A stretch of 19,159 nt of DNA from Pirellulales bacterium. Lineage in GTDB: Bacteria; Planctomycetota; Planctomycetia; Pirellulales; Thermoguttaceae. Below, piece after piece: positions 8,601 through 16,380 of this stretch; the first letter of the stretch is position 1; the number at the start of each line of letters is the position of its first letter. Both the position numbers and the translations under genes were made by a program. The notes under the pieces are model-generated. The model ran no database searches. It saw nothing but the letters and a program-made list of their open reading frames with translations, and was not told where the DNA came from. The DNA lies in contig JAFGPV010000015.1 of assembly GCA_016936015.1 (NCBI GenBank), positions 1-19,159 on the forward strand, read 5' to 3'.

Positions 8601-9531
8601 CGTGCGGATAACGCTCCAGAGATCGACGCCGGGATTCACTGAGAGGACGGCCACCACCGACGGCGACGGCTACTATCAGTTCGAGAACGTCCCGGACGGC
8701 GTGTATCAGGTTACGGTGACCCCTCCCAACGCGTGCATCAACTCGGGATCGGATACGACCGTCGTCAGCGCGGAAGGCAGCCAGACCTACCAAGCCGATT
8801 TCTCGACGGGCGCGCTGAAGCCCGGTTACATCCCCAACCGCATGATGGTCACCTCCAGCCTGCCGGTCGGTTCCACCCAATGGCGTCAGGTCGTGCGCGA
8901 GGCCCTCAACCTCGGGGAGCAAGCCGGCAGTCAAGGCACGCCATCGAACGTCGCCGCAACGAGTCAACCGGCAGTCACGCAATACCTAACTCTGACCCCG
9001 CAAACTGCGAGCCTTACACCAAATACCACAAATACCGAGGTAAGCACGACCGCCCCTGTAAATACCGCTCAAGTGCAAGCCGAGAGCAACTCGGTACAAA
9101 TCACACAAACGGCGGTCGCTCCCATCGTTCAAGAGGCCGTCACCCGTTGGGCGGAGGCGGGATTGGAACCGTCAGCACTGAACAAGATGCAAAACACCAG
9201 GTTCGTGCTGAGCGACCTGGCGGGGGCGTATCTGGGCATGACCCAAGGAAGCACGGTCTGGCTCGATGGAAACGCCGCCGGCCGGGGATGGTTCGTGGAC
9301 TCGACGCCCGATGACGACCAAGAGTTCGATTCTGCATTCCTCGGCGGCCCGTTGCGCGCCGTGGATTCGAATGCCTTGGATCAGGTCGACCTGCTCACCG
9401 TGATTTCACACGAGTTGGGACACGTCGCCGGCCTGAAACATTCGGACGTCAGCGACCTGATGGGAGAAACTTTAGCAACGGGATTGCGTCTTACCCCCAG
9501 CGCCCATGACGTCGCCCTGGCGAGCATCTAG
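5611..9531 (+). CDS. Giant secreted multidomain protein with a planctomycete N-terminal motif, a CarboxypepD_reg-like domain, a Thr/Ser-rich linker and a C-terminal minimal metzincin-like HExxHxxGxxH module
   Basis: About 1306 aa. The ATG at 5611 is preceded by AGAGGG (a GTG at 5605 is the alternative). N-terminus KKRPLCVELLEPRIALSGE. Around 8590-8730 the segment GVRITLQRSTPGFTERTATTDGDGYYQFENVPDGVYQVTVTPP reads as a prealbumin or CarboxypepD_reg-like domain. A T/S/Q/N-rich linker spans about 8930-9110. The last 140 aa contain SHELGHVAGLKHSD followed by SDLMGET, a possible Met-turn. Confidence 0.75.
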   Translation: MSRSILKKWRHCSCKTSHSKKRPLCVELLEPRIALSGEGVVELAASPGAPAWVIEPYALSDTSISMTVQQQSGLEYYFHNVTDTSHDSGWITGAADLNYVTYVDQNLTADAPYRYEVKARDPSSPLLESAYSSVGQVSTMNTMAAAVQHLANQIRAVETFSNPENPGQITGQLVKNGYPNPQAINNNTTCEKSGTNGLSAYPGDGRNTPGAFQVDLANMGQVDPNNPVIESFGQWKGTAASAKTASMYDTQIALSKQTLHDYFHLEVDAAGLITHIEAPAASVFLHDDALATSTTWNPDGNPLVGLHIDNFQPEQLSLYLAGRDPDDGITGVTDTRTSPAAVMHDAEALQDQVSKSFMWATYQKYLTHDSYKATFAKVVNLYGATLEITSSQKANIFGINQGDMFKCRLTPAFVLGGAYVSGEGNMFNLLTALVQADDTGAGTWSINGETITFQRKGTGTSAQDKVFTVDKTPMNNAETYPSIFHYGAVLSPYGMVDYKADPTQFNPADLIEISENNKTTAWGVTGRTIKNGLGYERLTYIQTVSETQVLTEGGRYNYLDLEQGKLTLTGKGDFVIMPAVFPKLTTAGYMKPSNNSQTIAKDQTIDVSNFFNTKLLNNNEELLNSSFYVWWDKDQQSHVVRVNDPSFDFSQVDNGLFLYIAPAAQTPEGLEGMKAAIKDWAFGGGGTTFEKSARVMLATKDVFGKPGSADAWAAHFTTQRADVGTGEIDASMTEGKVLIVLDGTITTVKLGSGCNIVLTSTQNTTQKTFALNPNAKISPTLDIRSGDIIDWKLLPQDLTWTAGTALTYDCHTERQPNLRYSYFAGWTGTGSATATFQAIVRANGNTGTSDPVEIVNNALKPLGVTLNRASAQAEQTGASLLNYTVVFSEAVSDFTENDVILSGPPETIDGARIVVANPSGDKITYSVAITLKDTAAAGVIIGTIGAGEVHDLEGFSNLASTGTSNVNYMPNAITGQGNSNVGPALAAATRGGEPLPGVRITLQRSTPGFTERTATTDGDGYYQFENVPDGVYQVTVTPPNACINSGSDTTVVSAEGSQTYQADFSTGALKPGYIPNRMMVTSSLPVGSTQWRQVVREALNLGEQAGSQGTPSNVAATSQPAVTQYLTLTPQTASLTPNTTNTEVSTTAPVNTAQVQAESNSVQITQTAVAPIVQEAVTRWAEAGLEPSALNKMQNTRFVLSDLAGAYLGMTQGSTVWLDGNAAGRGWFVDSTPDDDQEFDSAFLGGPLRAVDSNALDQVDLLTVISHELGHVAGLKHSDVSDLMGETLATGLRLTPSAHDVALASI
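9409..9441 (+). other. HELGHVAGLKH zinc-binding signature (HExxHxxGxxH) inside the C-terminal module of the giant protein
   Basis: Read directly from the translation. The codon for the first His is at 9409-9411, in frame with the 5605/5611 ORF. Confidence 0.6.
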
Positions 9532-11111
9532 AAGCGATACTCCAGCCCGAAGCTGACGCCCTGCGCCCAGTAATCGCTCATGGTGAAGGAAAACGCAGGT
9601 TGCAGGGAACCGGTGGGCGTTTCGGGAGGCAACTGCGAGGCGTTCGTGTCAAGCTGGTCGGCGGGCCGCGCGACGCGGCTCCAATAGAGAAAGGCATAGC
9701 CGATTCTCGCATGGAATCGTGGAGTCAACGCATAGCCAAGTGCAACTCCAATTTCCGGCAGCACGGCGAATTGGTTCTGGGTGTACTCCCCGATGTTGGT
9801 CTCTTGCGCCAGCAGGTCGCCGGTGAACGTCGCGGTTCCTCCGCCCGGCACCGTAGTCGTCGTCATGCCGTCAATCAGCACGCGCGAGCGGGTGCTGCCC
9901 AGTCCGAGTTTCAGCAGCGCCTCCCACGACCAACGGCCGACGTACTCTCGATACATGACGCCTAGCTCGACGCCGTTGAACTGATTCTGGGTATCGAACA
10001 GGTCATAGAGGCTCTTGGTGGTGCCGACGACAATCGGCCCCTGCGACCGGGTCCATTCCGAGAACTGGTCGATTCGCACGCTCTCGTCCAACTGGGCGAA
10101 ACGCCAGCCGAAAAGAAAATCCATTCGGTCGCATTCTCGCTGAAAGAGATTGCGCCGCAACAACACCTCCACGGCCTGAAGCTGGCTTGTCGCCTCGCAA
10201 TCGAGCGATCCTCCCAAGAAGTCCGGGTGCGCAGCCAACATGGCGCTTTGGACACTAAATTGGGCGTCGTAGAATGGACGAGCGAGGATGGGCCTCTCCT
10301 GGCTGGAGGCGGAAAACCGGGTCGTCTCCTTTCCGAGGCCCAAGTAACCCGCCTCCACCCCTACGCATTGACAGTCGTCGAACCAATAACCCATGGAACC
10401 ACGCCAGCCCGAGTTCGCTTCGGTGTTAACCATGCCGTTGCCAAAAAGGATGCTCGTGCCCGGTTGCCCCAACACGCCGGACACACTCGGATCCGTGCCC
10501 TCCGGACTGGTTGTCACCAGCGGCGGCAAGGCGCTTCCTTGCGTCCACCAGAGCAAATACTCTCCGCGAACCCACAGGCGATTGTGCCAGATGAAACAGC
10601 ATGGGCGGCAAGTTCCACAGGGATAGCACTCCGCAGGACAACACTCGGCGATACATCCGTCGCCGTCAGGCATGACGTCGGCCGTCTCCTCCGAGCAGCA
10701 CGGCTGCCTCGATAGCCGGACGGGCGACATCGTCTCGTCATCAATCGTGGTTTGAAATCCTGCTTTAACAACCCGGGACGTTCGATGGGCAGGCGATCGC
10801 CGATTGGCAGAATCTCGAGAGTTCGTCGCAGTCGATTTACTGTGTTCCTGTCTCGGGACTGCATTGCGCGAACCGCGATAGGGAGTGGGCGAGTGCCGTC
10901 GAACCACTTCGCGAGATTGCAGCGCCTGCCATAACGGAGTCAAGGGACCGCTATTGTCGGTCTGGGCGAGAACCGGCCATGCATGAAGCAAGATGCCGAT
11001 GAGACTTGTTGACACGATCGCCCTGCCAACAAAGGGAGTTCCAATCGGCCAAACACGCAACTGCGGACATGCCAACTTGACCTTGACCATAGAATAGATG
11101 TCCCTATTCAC
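9528..11111 (-). CDS. BBP7-family-like outer-membrane beta-barrel protein with a Cys-rich N-terminal segment
   Basis: 527-aa ORF with a signal-peptide-like N-terminus (...AIVSTSLIGILLHAWPVLAQ). Cys cluster CCSEETADVMPDGDGCIAECCPAECYPCGTCRPCCFIW followed by RLWVRGEYLLWW. The long C-terminal part has alternating hydrophobic residues and ends ...FGLEYRF, with a C-terminal aromatic typical of OM barrels. Its stop overlaps the stop of the convergent giant gene (CTAG at 9528-9531). Confidence 0.65.
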   Translation of the reverse strand: MNRDIYSMVKVKLACPQLRVWPIGTPFVGRAIVSTSLIGILLHAWPVLAQTDNSGPLTPLWQALQSREVVRRHSPTPYRGSRNAVPRQEHSKSTATNSRDSANRRSPAHRTSRVVKAGFQTTIDDETMSPVRLSRQPCCSEETADVMPDGDGCIAECCPAECYPCGTCRPCCFIWHNRLWVRGEYLLWWTQGSALPPLVTTSPEGTDPSVSGVLGQPGTSILFGNGMVNTEANSGWRGSMGYWFDDCQCVGVEAGYLGLGKETTRFSASSQERPILARPFYDAQFSVQSAMLAAHPDFLGGSLDCEATSQLQAVEVLLRRNLFQRECDRMDFLFGWRFAQLDESVRIDQFSEWTRSQGPIVVGTTKSLYDLFDTQNQFNGVELGVMYREYVGRWSWEALLKLGLGSTRSRVLIDGMTTTTVPGGGTATFTGDLLAQETNIGEYTQNQFAVLPEIGVALGYALTPRFHARIGYAFLYWSRVARPADQLDTNASQLPPETPTGSLQPAFSFTMSDYWAQGVSFGLEYRF

Positions 11112-11650
11112 AAGCTATGCCATATTCACCAGGCAGTTTTTCCAGGAAAACAGGGCCTTTACTTTTTAAAAATGACGTAGACCATGAAACACCCCCATTG
11201 ATTGGATCTCATTTCCTGCTGGATACCACGTCAATACAATGTAAATCCACAGAGTTTATGCCGCTTGCCATATCGGCATATTCAACACCAGTCTTTAGAT
11301 ATCTACTGACCGGCAAAGTATCTGTAAAGCATTCCTGCTCCCTATTCTTCCAGGTCCACGTCATCATCCTTTTTTATCATTCGAAAATGGATGGTATTCG
11401 GGCATTGCGAGGGTGTCTCCGACCATTCAGGACAGTTGCTCAACGAGACGTCCGTCAATTCAGCCACAATACCCTTGTGCATTGGGCACAGGGAGGGCTA
11501 TGCAACGCCTAAGAATCCCCTAAAATGAGAACGTTTCGTCCATTGAAGAAGTTGAGGCTGTGACAGAACACTCGCTGGTTGATGCCAAATGTTTCTGCCA
11601 GCAGTTTTCACTTATTTCTAAAACCTTACGAAGAAAGCAGTTGCAATCAA

Positions 11651-11724
11651 GTCCCCGTAGCTCAATTGGATAGAGCGTCGGCCTCCGGAGCCGAAGGTTA
11701 CAGGTTCGAATCCTGTCGGGGATA
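11651..11724 (+). tRNA. tRNA-Arg(CCG)
   Basis: GTCCCCG TA GCTC AATTGGATA GAGC G TCGGC CTCCGGA GCCGA AGGTT ACAGG TTCGAAT CCTGT CGGGGAT A. Canonical cloverleaf with U8, A14, GG and a GTTCGAATC T-loop. G1.U72 wobble at the top of the acceptor stem. CCA is not encoded. Sits in a low-GC intergenic island. Confidence 0.85.
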
Positions 11725-12182
11725 TTTCTCCTTATTATGCAACGACTTACAACAATTGGGCGGATGGCTTCTGTTTATGTAAGTCATTATTCTTCGATGA
11801 GAGCTTCGGCACAAGGAGTGCTTCATCACAAGAGGCGCTGAGTCTACAGTAGGTGGCGGTTTCCCCGTTTATCCGGCGCGGCAGGTCATCCGGTGAAAGA
11901 CGTGTTTCCCGCACCGTGCCCGGTGTGCAGTATAGGACATCCCAATCCCGCAGGATAATGAAAAACAAGAGAAACTTGCGAAACCGGCATTCACGCTAAA
12001 CTGCGAACTGAAGATCGAGTTGGCCGCCCAAGAGCGGGAATAGGCCAGGGCGGCTACCACAAACGATACCTGGAACTACGGTCACTTCTTGAAACCTGCC
12101 TTAACCGGACTTGTCTATCACGAGTTGCACGAAAACCGGGAAAATCCAAAAATCGGCGGACGAACTCATACAGCCGGTTTGC

Positions 12183-13853
12183 TCATTGTTTCTCTTGAAG
12201 CAGGATTTTCCGCGATTGTCCGGGCTTGATGGAAATTTTTCTGCCGTCGATCAAGTCGGCGCCGGAGACGACGGTCGGGGGTTCGTCGTCGAGTGTGAGT
12301 TGATATTCTTTCTCCTTCCGTACGACGTACCACTGGGGGATTTCATTAATCCGCGCCCAGTCGATCGTGGCCAGTGGATATTCGTTCCGCGGTCCGTCGA
12401 AACAAAGCCGGCCCGACCAGGCGTCTTTCGACTGCACCACGAGCCGCAAGACGCCGTCCGTCCGGACGGCGCCGCAGCCCAATCCTTCCTGGTAGGGCAC
12501 GGCCCGGACGCCTTGCGACTGGAGCATCATGTGGGCGCAGAGGTTCCGGCCGATGCAGCCGTCGGTATGGCCGCCGACGCCGGGACCAAAATGGGAACTC
12601 GCCTTGCGGCGGAAGCCTCCGACTTTTGTGGTCCAGTCGAGCCATGGGGCGACGTCCGGTACGTCGGGATAACGTTTCCAGAGAATGATCATGCTTTCGT
12701 ACGTGTCGCCGAAGCAACCCGGCGCGAAGTTCCAAGGCCACTCGACGTTCCTCAATTCATCGAATCGCGAACGGTTTTCCGTGAGATAGCGCATTGGCTT
12801 TTCCACGGCTTCGCGATAGCGGTTGCCGCCGGTGGCCCGATCGAAGTTCTCCAAGGCAAACAACACGTAGCCCCAGCAGTGCGGCACGTCAGGACTGAAT
12901 TTGGCCCCGAACCTGCCGGGGCGTTTGAGTTTTTGCGGCTTCCCCTGGTTCTTCGGCTGAGGGCCTTCCAGATTGGCATGGGTGTACCACAAGCCGGATT
13001 TCGGATGCCGGCCCACTTCGAGCAGGCGGTCCAGTAACCGTTGCAGATTCTTCCGGTAGGTGTTCACCTTGGGCCGTTTCAGTTTTGACTCCATCACAAA
13101 CAACTCCGACAGGCCGGGAACCAGTTCGCAGCCGTGATCCACGAAGTTGAACTTCTTGATCTTTTTCAGCGGGTCGTCCAGGAGATAGCAATCGGCCAGG
13201 ACCTCGGCGTCGTCGAGATACTCGGTCCGGCCCGACATGGCCGACAGGCGGACTAGGATCTGAATCAAATTGCCCTCGTCCTCGGTTCCATGCACGATTG
13301 TATGGATTCCGCCGCGGCGTCGGCCTTCGGCCAACACGGCGTCGGTCAATCGCACAAACTCGCGGAACCAATCGTTGTCCGTCCCGATGACCTCCGTGAT
13401 TCGCAGCAATCCGTCGCGGAGCCACTCGCACACTGCGCCCACATCCACCTTGCCGGGCGTCATCGTCCTCAAATCATAGGTGCAGGGAATTCCCGATTTG
13501 GTCGCACAGAGCCGGATCGAATCGAGCAGCGTCGCCCGCAGCTTTCCGTCGCCCTCGTTCAAGACCGGCTCCAAGTAATGGGCGATCAGCACCAAGGAGG
13601 AATAATGGTCGGCGGCCTCGTTTTGATAGTTCCAAACAGACCCGCGGCTGAAAAGATGCGTTTGAGGATCCTGTTTCCTCTCGATCCAACCGTGGAGCAG
13701 CCGGAACGCGCTGTTTCCGCAATCGGCATACGTCTCGCAACGCTCTTGGGCGGTTTGCCAAACCGACTCCCCGGAAGGAGCCGCCGGCGCGCTCCCGCCG
13801 AGCGCCGTCGCCAAGAGGAGAAAACCGGTTCTTGTTAGTGTGCGAGACTTCAT
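12183..13853 (-). CDS. Secreted hypothetical protein, possibly an (alpha/alpha)-toroid glycoside-hydrolase-like enzyme
   Basis: ORF 12183-13934. The probable start is M28 at 13853, giving MKSRTLTRTGFLLLATALGGSAPAAPS as a signal peptide. About 556 aa with W/Y/H/D-rich motifs (WYTHANLEG, HCWGYVLFALENFD) that fit a carbohydrate-active enzyme. The family could not be assigned by eye. Confidence 0.55.
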   Translation of the reverse strand: MKSRTLTRTGFLLLATALGGSAPAAPSGESVWQTAQERCETYADCGNSAFRLLHGWIERKQDPQTHLFSRGSVWNYQNEAADHYSSLVLIAHYLEPVLNEGDGKLRATLLDSIRLCATKSGIPCTYDLRTMTPGKVDVGAVCEWLRDGLLRITEVIGTDNDWFREFVRLTDAVLAEGRRRGGIHTIVHGTEDEGNLIQILVRLSAMSGRTEYLDDAEVLADCYLLDDPLKKIKKFNFVDHGCELVPGLSELFVMESKLKRPKVNTYRKNLQRLLDRLLEVGRHPKSGLWYTHANLEGPQPKNQGKPQKLKRPGRFGAKFSPDVPHCWGYVLFALENFDRATGGNRYREAVEKPMRYLTENRSRFDELRNVEWPWNFAPGCFGDTYESMIILWKRYPDVPDVAPWLDWTTKVGGFRRKASSHFGPGVGGHTDGCIGRNLCAHMMLQSQGVRAVPYQEGLGCGAVRTDGVLRLVVQSKDAWSGRLCFDGPRNEYPLATIDWARINEIPQWYVVRKEKEYQLTLDDEPPTVVSGADLIDGRKISIKPGQSRKILLQEKQ

Positions 13854-14052
13854 AGTTGATCCCATGATCCTGTACGAGGTAAGAATTCCTTCAACGCATG
13901 ATATTCTATTATACACGGAGATTGCCGCATGCAAACGCTGCTATAAAACCACGGTCTTGAGAAAGGCGTCCTCCTCACTTGCATGTTGAACAAATCAGAG
14001 CAACCCGGGAAGCACCGAAACTTGCGAGATTTTTTCATCGATTGATATGATG

Positions 14053-14098
14053 AGGAGAAAAAAATACCCGGAGGTCGGGATGGATCCCTTCCTCCGGG
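14053..14098 (-). terminator. Rho-independent terminator downstream of the SPFH gene
   Basis: On the minus strand: CCCGGAGG-(17 nt loop)-CCTCCGGG, then TATTTTTTTCTCC immediately after the SPFH stop (14117-14119). Confidence 0.55.
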
Positions 14099-14116
14099 TT
14101 TCGACTTTCTGGTTAA

Positions 14117-15229
14117 TCAGAGCAGGTTGACCACCCGCTCGGCCAAGCCCTTTTCGCCCAACACGACGTTGAGCTTGCCGCCGGCGGCGACCTTCTCCAG
14201 GACCTCCAACTCCCGGAGCCGCATCAGGGTCGGGTTGCCTTCCAACAGCTTGGCCGTGTTGGCCTGGCTGCGCATGGCGGCCGTCTCCTCGCGGCGGACG
14301 ATCAGGTTGGCCTCGGCAGCCTTCTTGGCCTCCGTGACCTTGTTCATCAGGTCCTTCATGTCGCCCGGCAGGATCACGTCGCGGATGCCGGCCGAGACGA
14401 TCTCCAGACCCAACGCGGCCACGCGCCGACGGACAGTCTCTTCCATTTCCCGGGCCACCGCGTCCTTGTCGGTGAGGAACTGGTCAAGTTCACGGGCCGT
14501 CAGGGCCGTGCGCAGGGCCAACTGGGCCTCACGGTAGAGGGCCTGACGGACGTCGTCGGCCACGCTGACCGCCTTCCGCGGATCAACCACACGGTAGGTG
14601 ACCACGGCGTTCATACGAAGCGTGACCTTGTCGGCCGTCATAATCTCCTGGCCGGCCATGTCGAGCATGGTCTCGCGGAGGTCAAGTTCAACCACCTTGG
14701 CGTCGGCCGTGTTACGCCAGAAGGCGTACAGGCCCGAGGCCAACGTCTCGACGTACCGACCGTCGTAGAACAGAACACCGGCCGTGTTCCGCTCGACCAG
14801 GCAGACGTCAAGCAACCGATCAGCATACGGCGAGCGGACGATGACCGGCAGCTCGTCGTGGGTGAACCGTACCGACCGGGCGTCGACCACCTCGACCTTG
14901 ACCTCGCGGTGGCCGGTCCAGTAGGCGTGCAGACCCGGCGGCAGGACGTGGCTGAACCGACCGTCGATCCAGACCAGAGCCCGTTGGTAATCCTTCAGGT
15001 CGAGGACCACGGCGCGGTCCTTCAGCGCACCCGACTTGACGATCACGTCGAGCTTATCGTGGGCCAGCCACGGGGCACGCTGTGAGACGACCTCGACGCG
15101 GACCTTGTCCAGCGGATCGAAGAACCAGTATCGGCCCTCGCCCAACAGGCTCTTGAACTCGCCGTCGCGGAAGTACAGGCCCATTTCGTAGCTGCGGATT
15201 TTAACAATCTTGAACATCTTGAGAGTCAT
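14117..15229 (-). CDS. SPFH/band-7 (stomatin/prohibitin/HflKC-like) protein without a TM segment and with a triplicated N-terminal SPFH strand segment
   Basis: 370 aa. Strong SD (AAGGAGG, 5 nt, ATG). Three about-50-aa repeats (YFRDGEFKSLLGEGRYWFFDPLDKVRVEVV / VWIDGRFSHVLPPGLHAYWTGHREVKVEVVD / LFYDGRYVETLASGLYAFWRNTADAKVVELD), each like the PGLHFxxP-VxxVDLR start of an SPFH domain. Then a canonical SPFH core (QEIMTADKVTLRMNAVVTYRVVDPRKAV...) and a C-terminal coiled region (AKKAAEANLIVRREETAAMR...). No hydrophobic anchor. Confidence 0.85.
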   Translation of the reverse strand: MTLKMFKIVKIRSYEMGLYFRDGEFKSLLGEGRYWFFDPLDKVRVEVVSQRAPWLAHDKLDVIVKSGALKDRAVVLDLKDYQRALVWIDGRFSHVLPPGLHAYWTGHREVKVEVVDARSVRFTHDELPVIVRSPYADRLLDVCLVERNTAGVLFYDGRYVETLASGLYAFWRNTADAKVVELDLRETMLDMAGQEIMTADKVTLRMNAVVTYRVVDPRKAVSVADDVRQALYREAQLALRTALTARELDQFLTDKDAVAREMEETVRRRVAALGLEIVSAGIRDVILPGDMKDLMNKVTEAKKAAEANLIVRREETAAMRSQANTAKLLEGNPTLMRLRELEVLEKVAAGGKLNVVLGEKGLAERVVNLL

Positions 15230-15633
15230 CCTCGACCTCCTTTCTTGTACAGTCGCCGGCCAATACGACCTTCAGGCGGCGGAACGCACGCTGGTCACAC
15301 GTCCGGTTGCGGAGTGCATTTGAGCATCCGCAGGCTTACCGGTTTGCGGCAACTCAGTTCTGATTGATTGGACCTGCTGCCCCCTCGCGCATGATCAAAA
15401 CCAATATTGCCGCAACGCCGGCAGCCGGCGGAAGCGGTATCCATACACTACAGGGCACCCGAAGGTGCTGCCGCGACATGGTGAAAAAACCTCGGCAGAT
15501 TCATTCCAGTTTCCAGCCCGAAGACTGGTTGCCGGAAATCCTCCGCTTCGATGTTCCCTGCCATGCCGGCAGCCGACCTGACGAACGTCCACCGCCCTCC
15601 GGCCTACCGTTGGGCACAGGTTGCTACCTGTTG

Positions 15634-15705
15634 GTGTTGGTACGGGAATCGAACCCGCGACAGCCAGATTCTTGTCTGGTGCTCTAACCTCTGAGCTAAC
15701 CTGGG
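15634..15705 (-). pseudogene. tRNA-like remnant (degenerate: 6-nt anticodon loop, unpaired acceptor stem)
   Basis: Reverse complement has a perfect D-arm TA GCTC AGAGGTTA GAGC A and a T-arm GCGGG TTCGATT CCCGT. The anticodon arm is CCAGA CAAGAA TCTGG, a 6-nt loop. The 5' CCCAGGT does not pair with the 3' ACCAACA. Confidence 0.3.
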
Positions 15706-15812
15706 GTGACGCCGTTGTCAGTCATAACCCATTACGGAACACACGCCGCCGACCGCCTCTTGCAAGGACGGGACGCCGTGCGCCATTGGGCGGCATTACC
15801 TTCCTTAATAAA

Positions 15813-15883
15813 AGACGCCGGTGGGAGTCGAACCCACTTCGATCGGGTTGCAGCCGATTGCCGCGCCGTCTGGCTCCAGCGTC
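15813..15883 (-). tRNA. tRNA-Cys(GCA), atypical D region
   Basis: GACGCTG GA GCC AGACGGCGC GGC A ATCGG CTGCAAC CCGAT CGAA GTGGG TTCGACT CCCAC CGGCGTC U. Anticodon GCA and discriminator U73 fit the Cys identity. G8 and a 3-bp D-stem are unusual. One U.G pair in the acceptor stem. Confidence 0.5.
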
Positions 15884-15931
15884 GTTCGCTTGTTACGGCC
15901 ACTATGTTTCATTGGCCGCACGCTATTAAAA

Positions 15932-16005
15932 TGTCCTCGCCAGGAGTCGAACCTGGTCTTCGACCTTCGCAGGGTCGCGTGCGTAGTCCGCCACACTCCG
16001 AGGAC
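15932..16005 (-). tRNA. tRNA-Arg(GCG), unusual anticodon
   Basis: GTCCTCG GA GTGT GGCGGACTAC GCAC G CGACC CTGCGAA GGTCG AAGA CCAGG TTCGACT CCTGG CGAGGAC A. G8 instead of U8. Same architecture as the neighbouring Arg(TCG) gene. Confidence 0.5.
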
Positions 16006-16047
16006 GGGTTTTCCTTTCTAGGGCCGGTTTGAAACCGGCCCCACGAG

Positions 16048-16119
16048 TACCCTGCCGAGGAATCGAACCTCGTCTGGCAGATTCGAAGTCTGCCGTGCGA
16101 TCCGGCACACTCGCAGGGC
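16048..16119 (-). tRNA. tRNA-Arg(TCG)
   Basis: GCCCTGC GA GTGT GCCGGATC GCAC G GCAGA CTTCGAA TCTGC CAGA CGAGG TTCGATT CCTCG GCAGGGT A. G1.U72 and G8. Confidence 0.55.
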
Positions 16120-16149
16120 GTGTTTTCATTGTCTTTTGCTGATTTCCTA

Positions 16150-16178
16150 TTGCTCTTCACAAGGGGATTGGTATAATG
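16150..16178 (+). promoter_or_regulatory. Sigma70-like promoter with an extended -10 (TTGCTC - 17 nt - TGgTATAAT)
   Basis: ttgctc at 16150-16155, a 17-nt spacer, tataat at 16173-16178 preceded by TGG. Points away from the tRNA array orientation, towards the Zn-ribbon mini-ORF. Confidence 0.4.
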
Positions 16179-16380
16179 GCTGAAAATTACATTCGGCAGG
16201 AGTCGGATCGCTTTATCCTTTCGGAACCGAGCACTCCGAAAGTTCGCTCTCTTGGCTCAACTGATGCGACAGTCATCGGCTTCTCCCAATCCTCAGGCGC
16301 GTCCCCCGCCGTTTGCATAACATCTTATTTGTGATTGGATTTGTGCGTCTTCGACCAAGGTTTTTAGCTGCGCTCATGTT

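Noticed and set aside
11117-11512. 131-aa plus-strand ORF in the low-GC island
   Set aside because: No RBS and odd composition. The region is more plausibly the promoter and leader of the BBP7-like gene. Kept only as a remote possibility.
12111-13431. Plus-strand 308-aa and minus-strand 180-aa ORFs overlapping the 583-aa secreted protein gene
   Set aside because: Alternative-frame shadows. Only the 12183-13853 frame has a signal peptide and globular-looking composition.
16021-16041. GGGCCGGTTTGAAACCGGCCC palindrome between two Arg tRNA genes, considered as a terminator
   Set aside because: 7-10-bp GC stem but no flanking U-tract on either strand. More likely a processing or structural spacer. 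Not called as a feature.
15364-16160. Multiple 60-110-aa ORFs across the tRNA array
   Set aside because: They run through tRNA genes on either strand. The tRNA structures explain the sequence.
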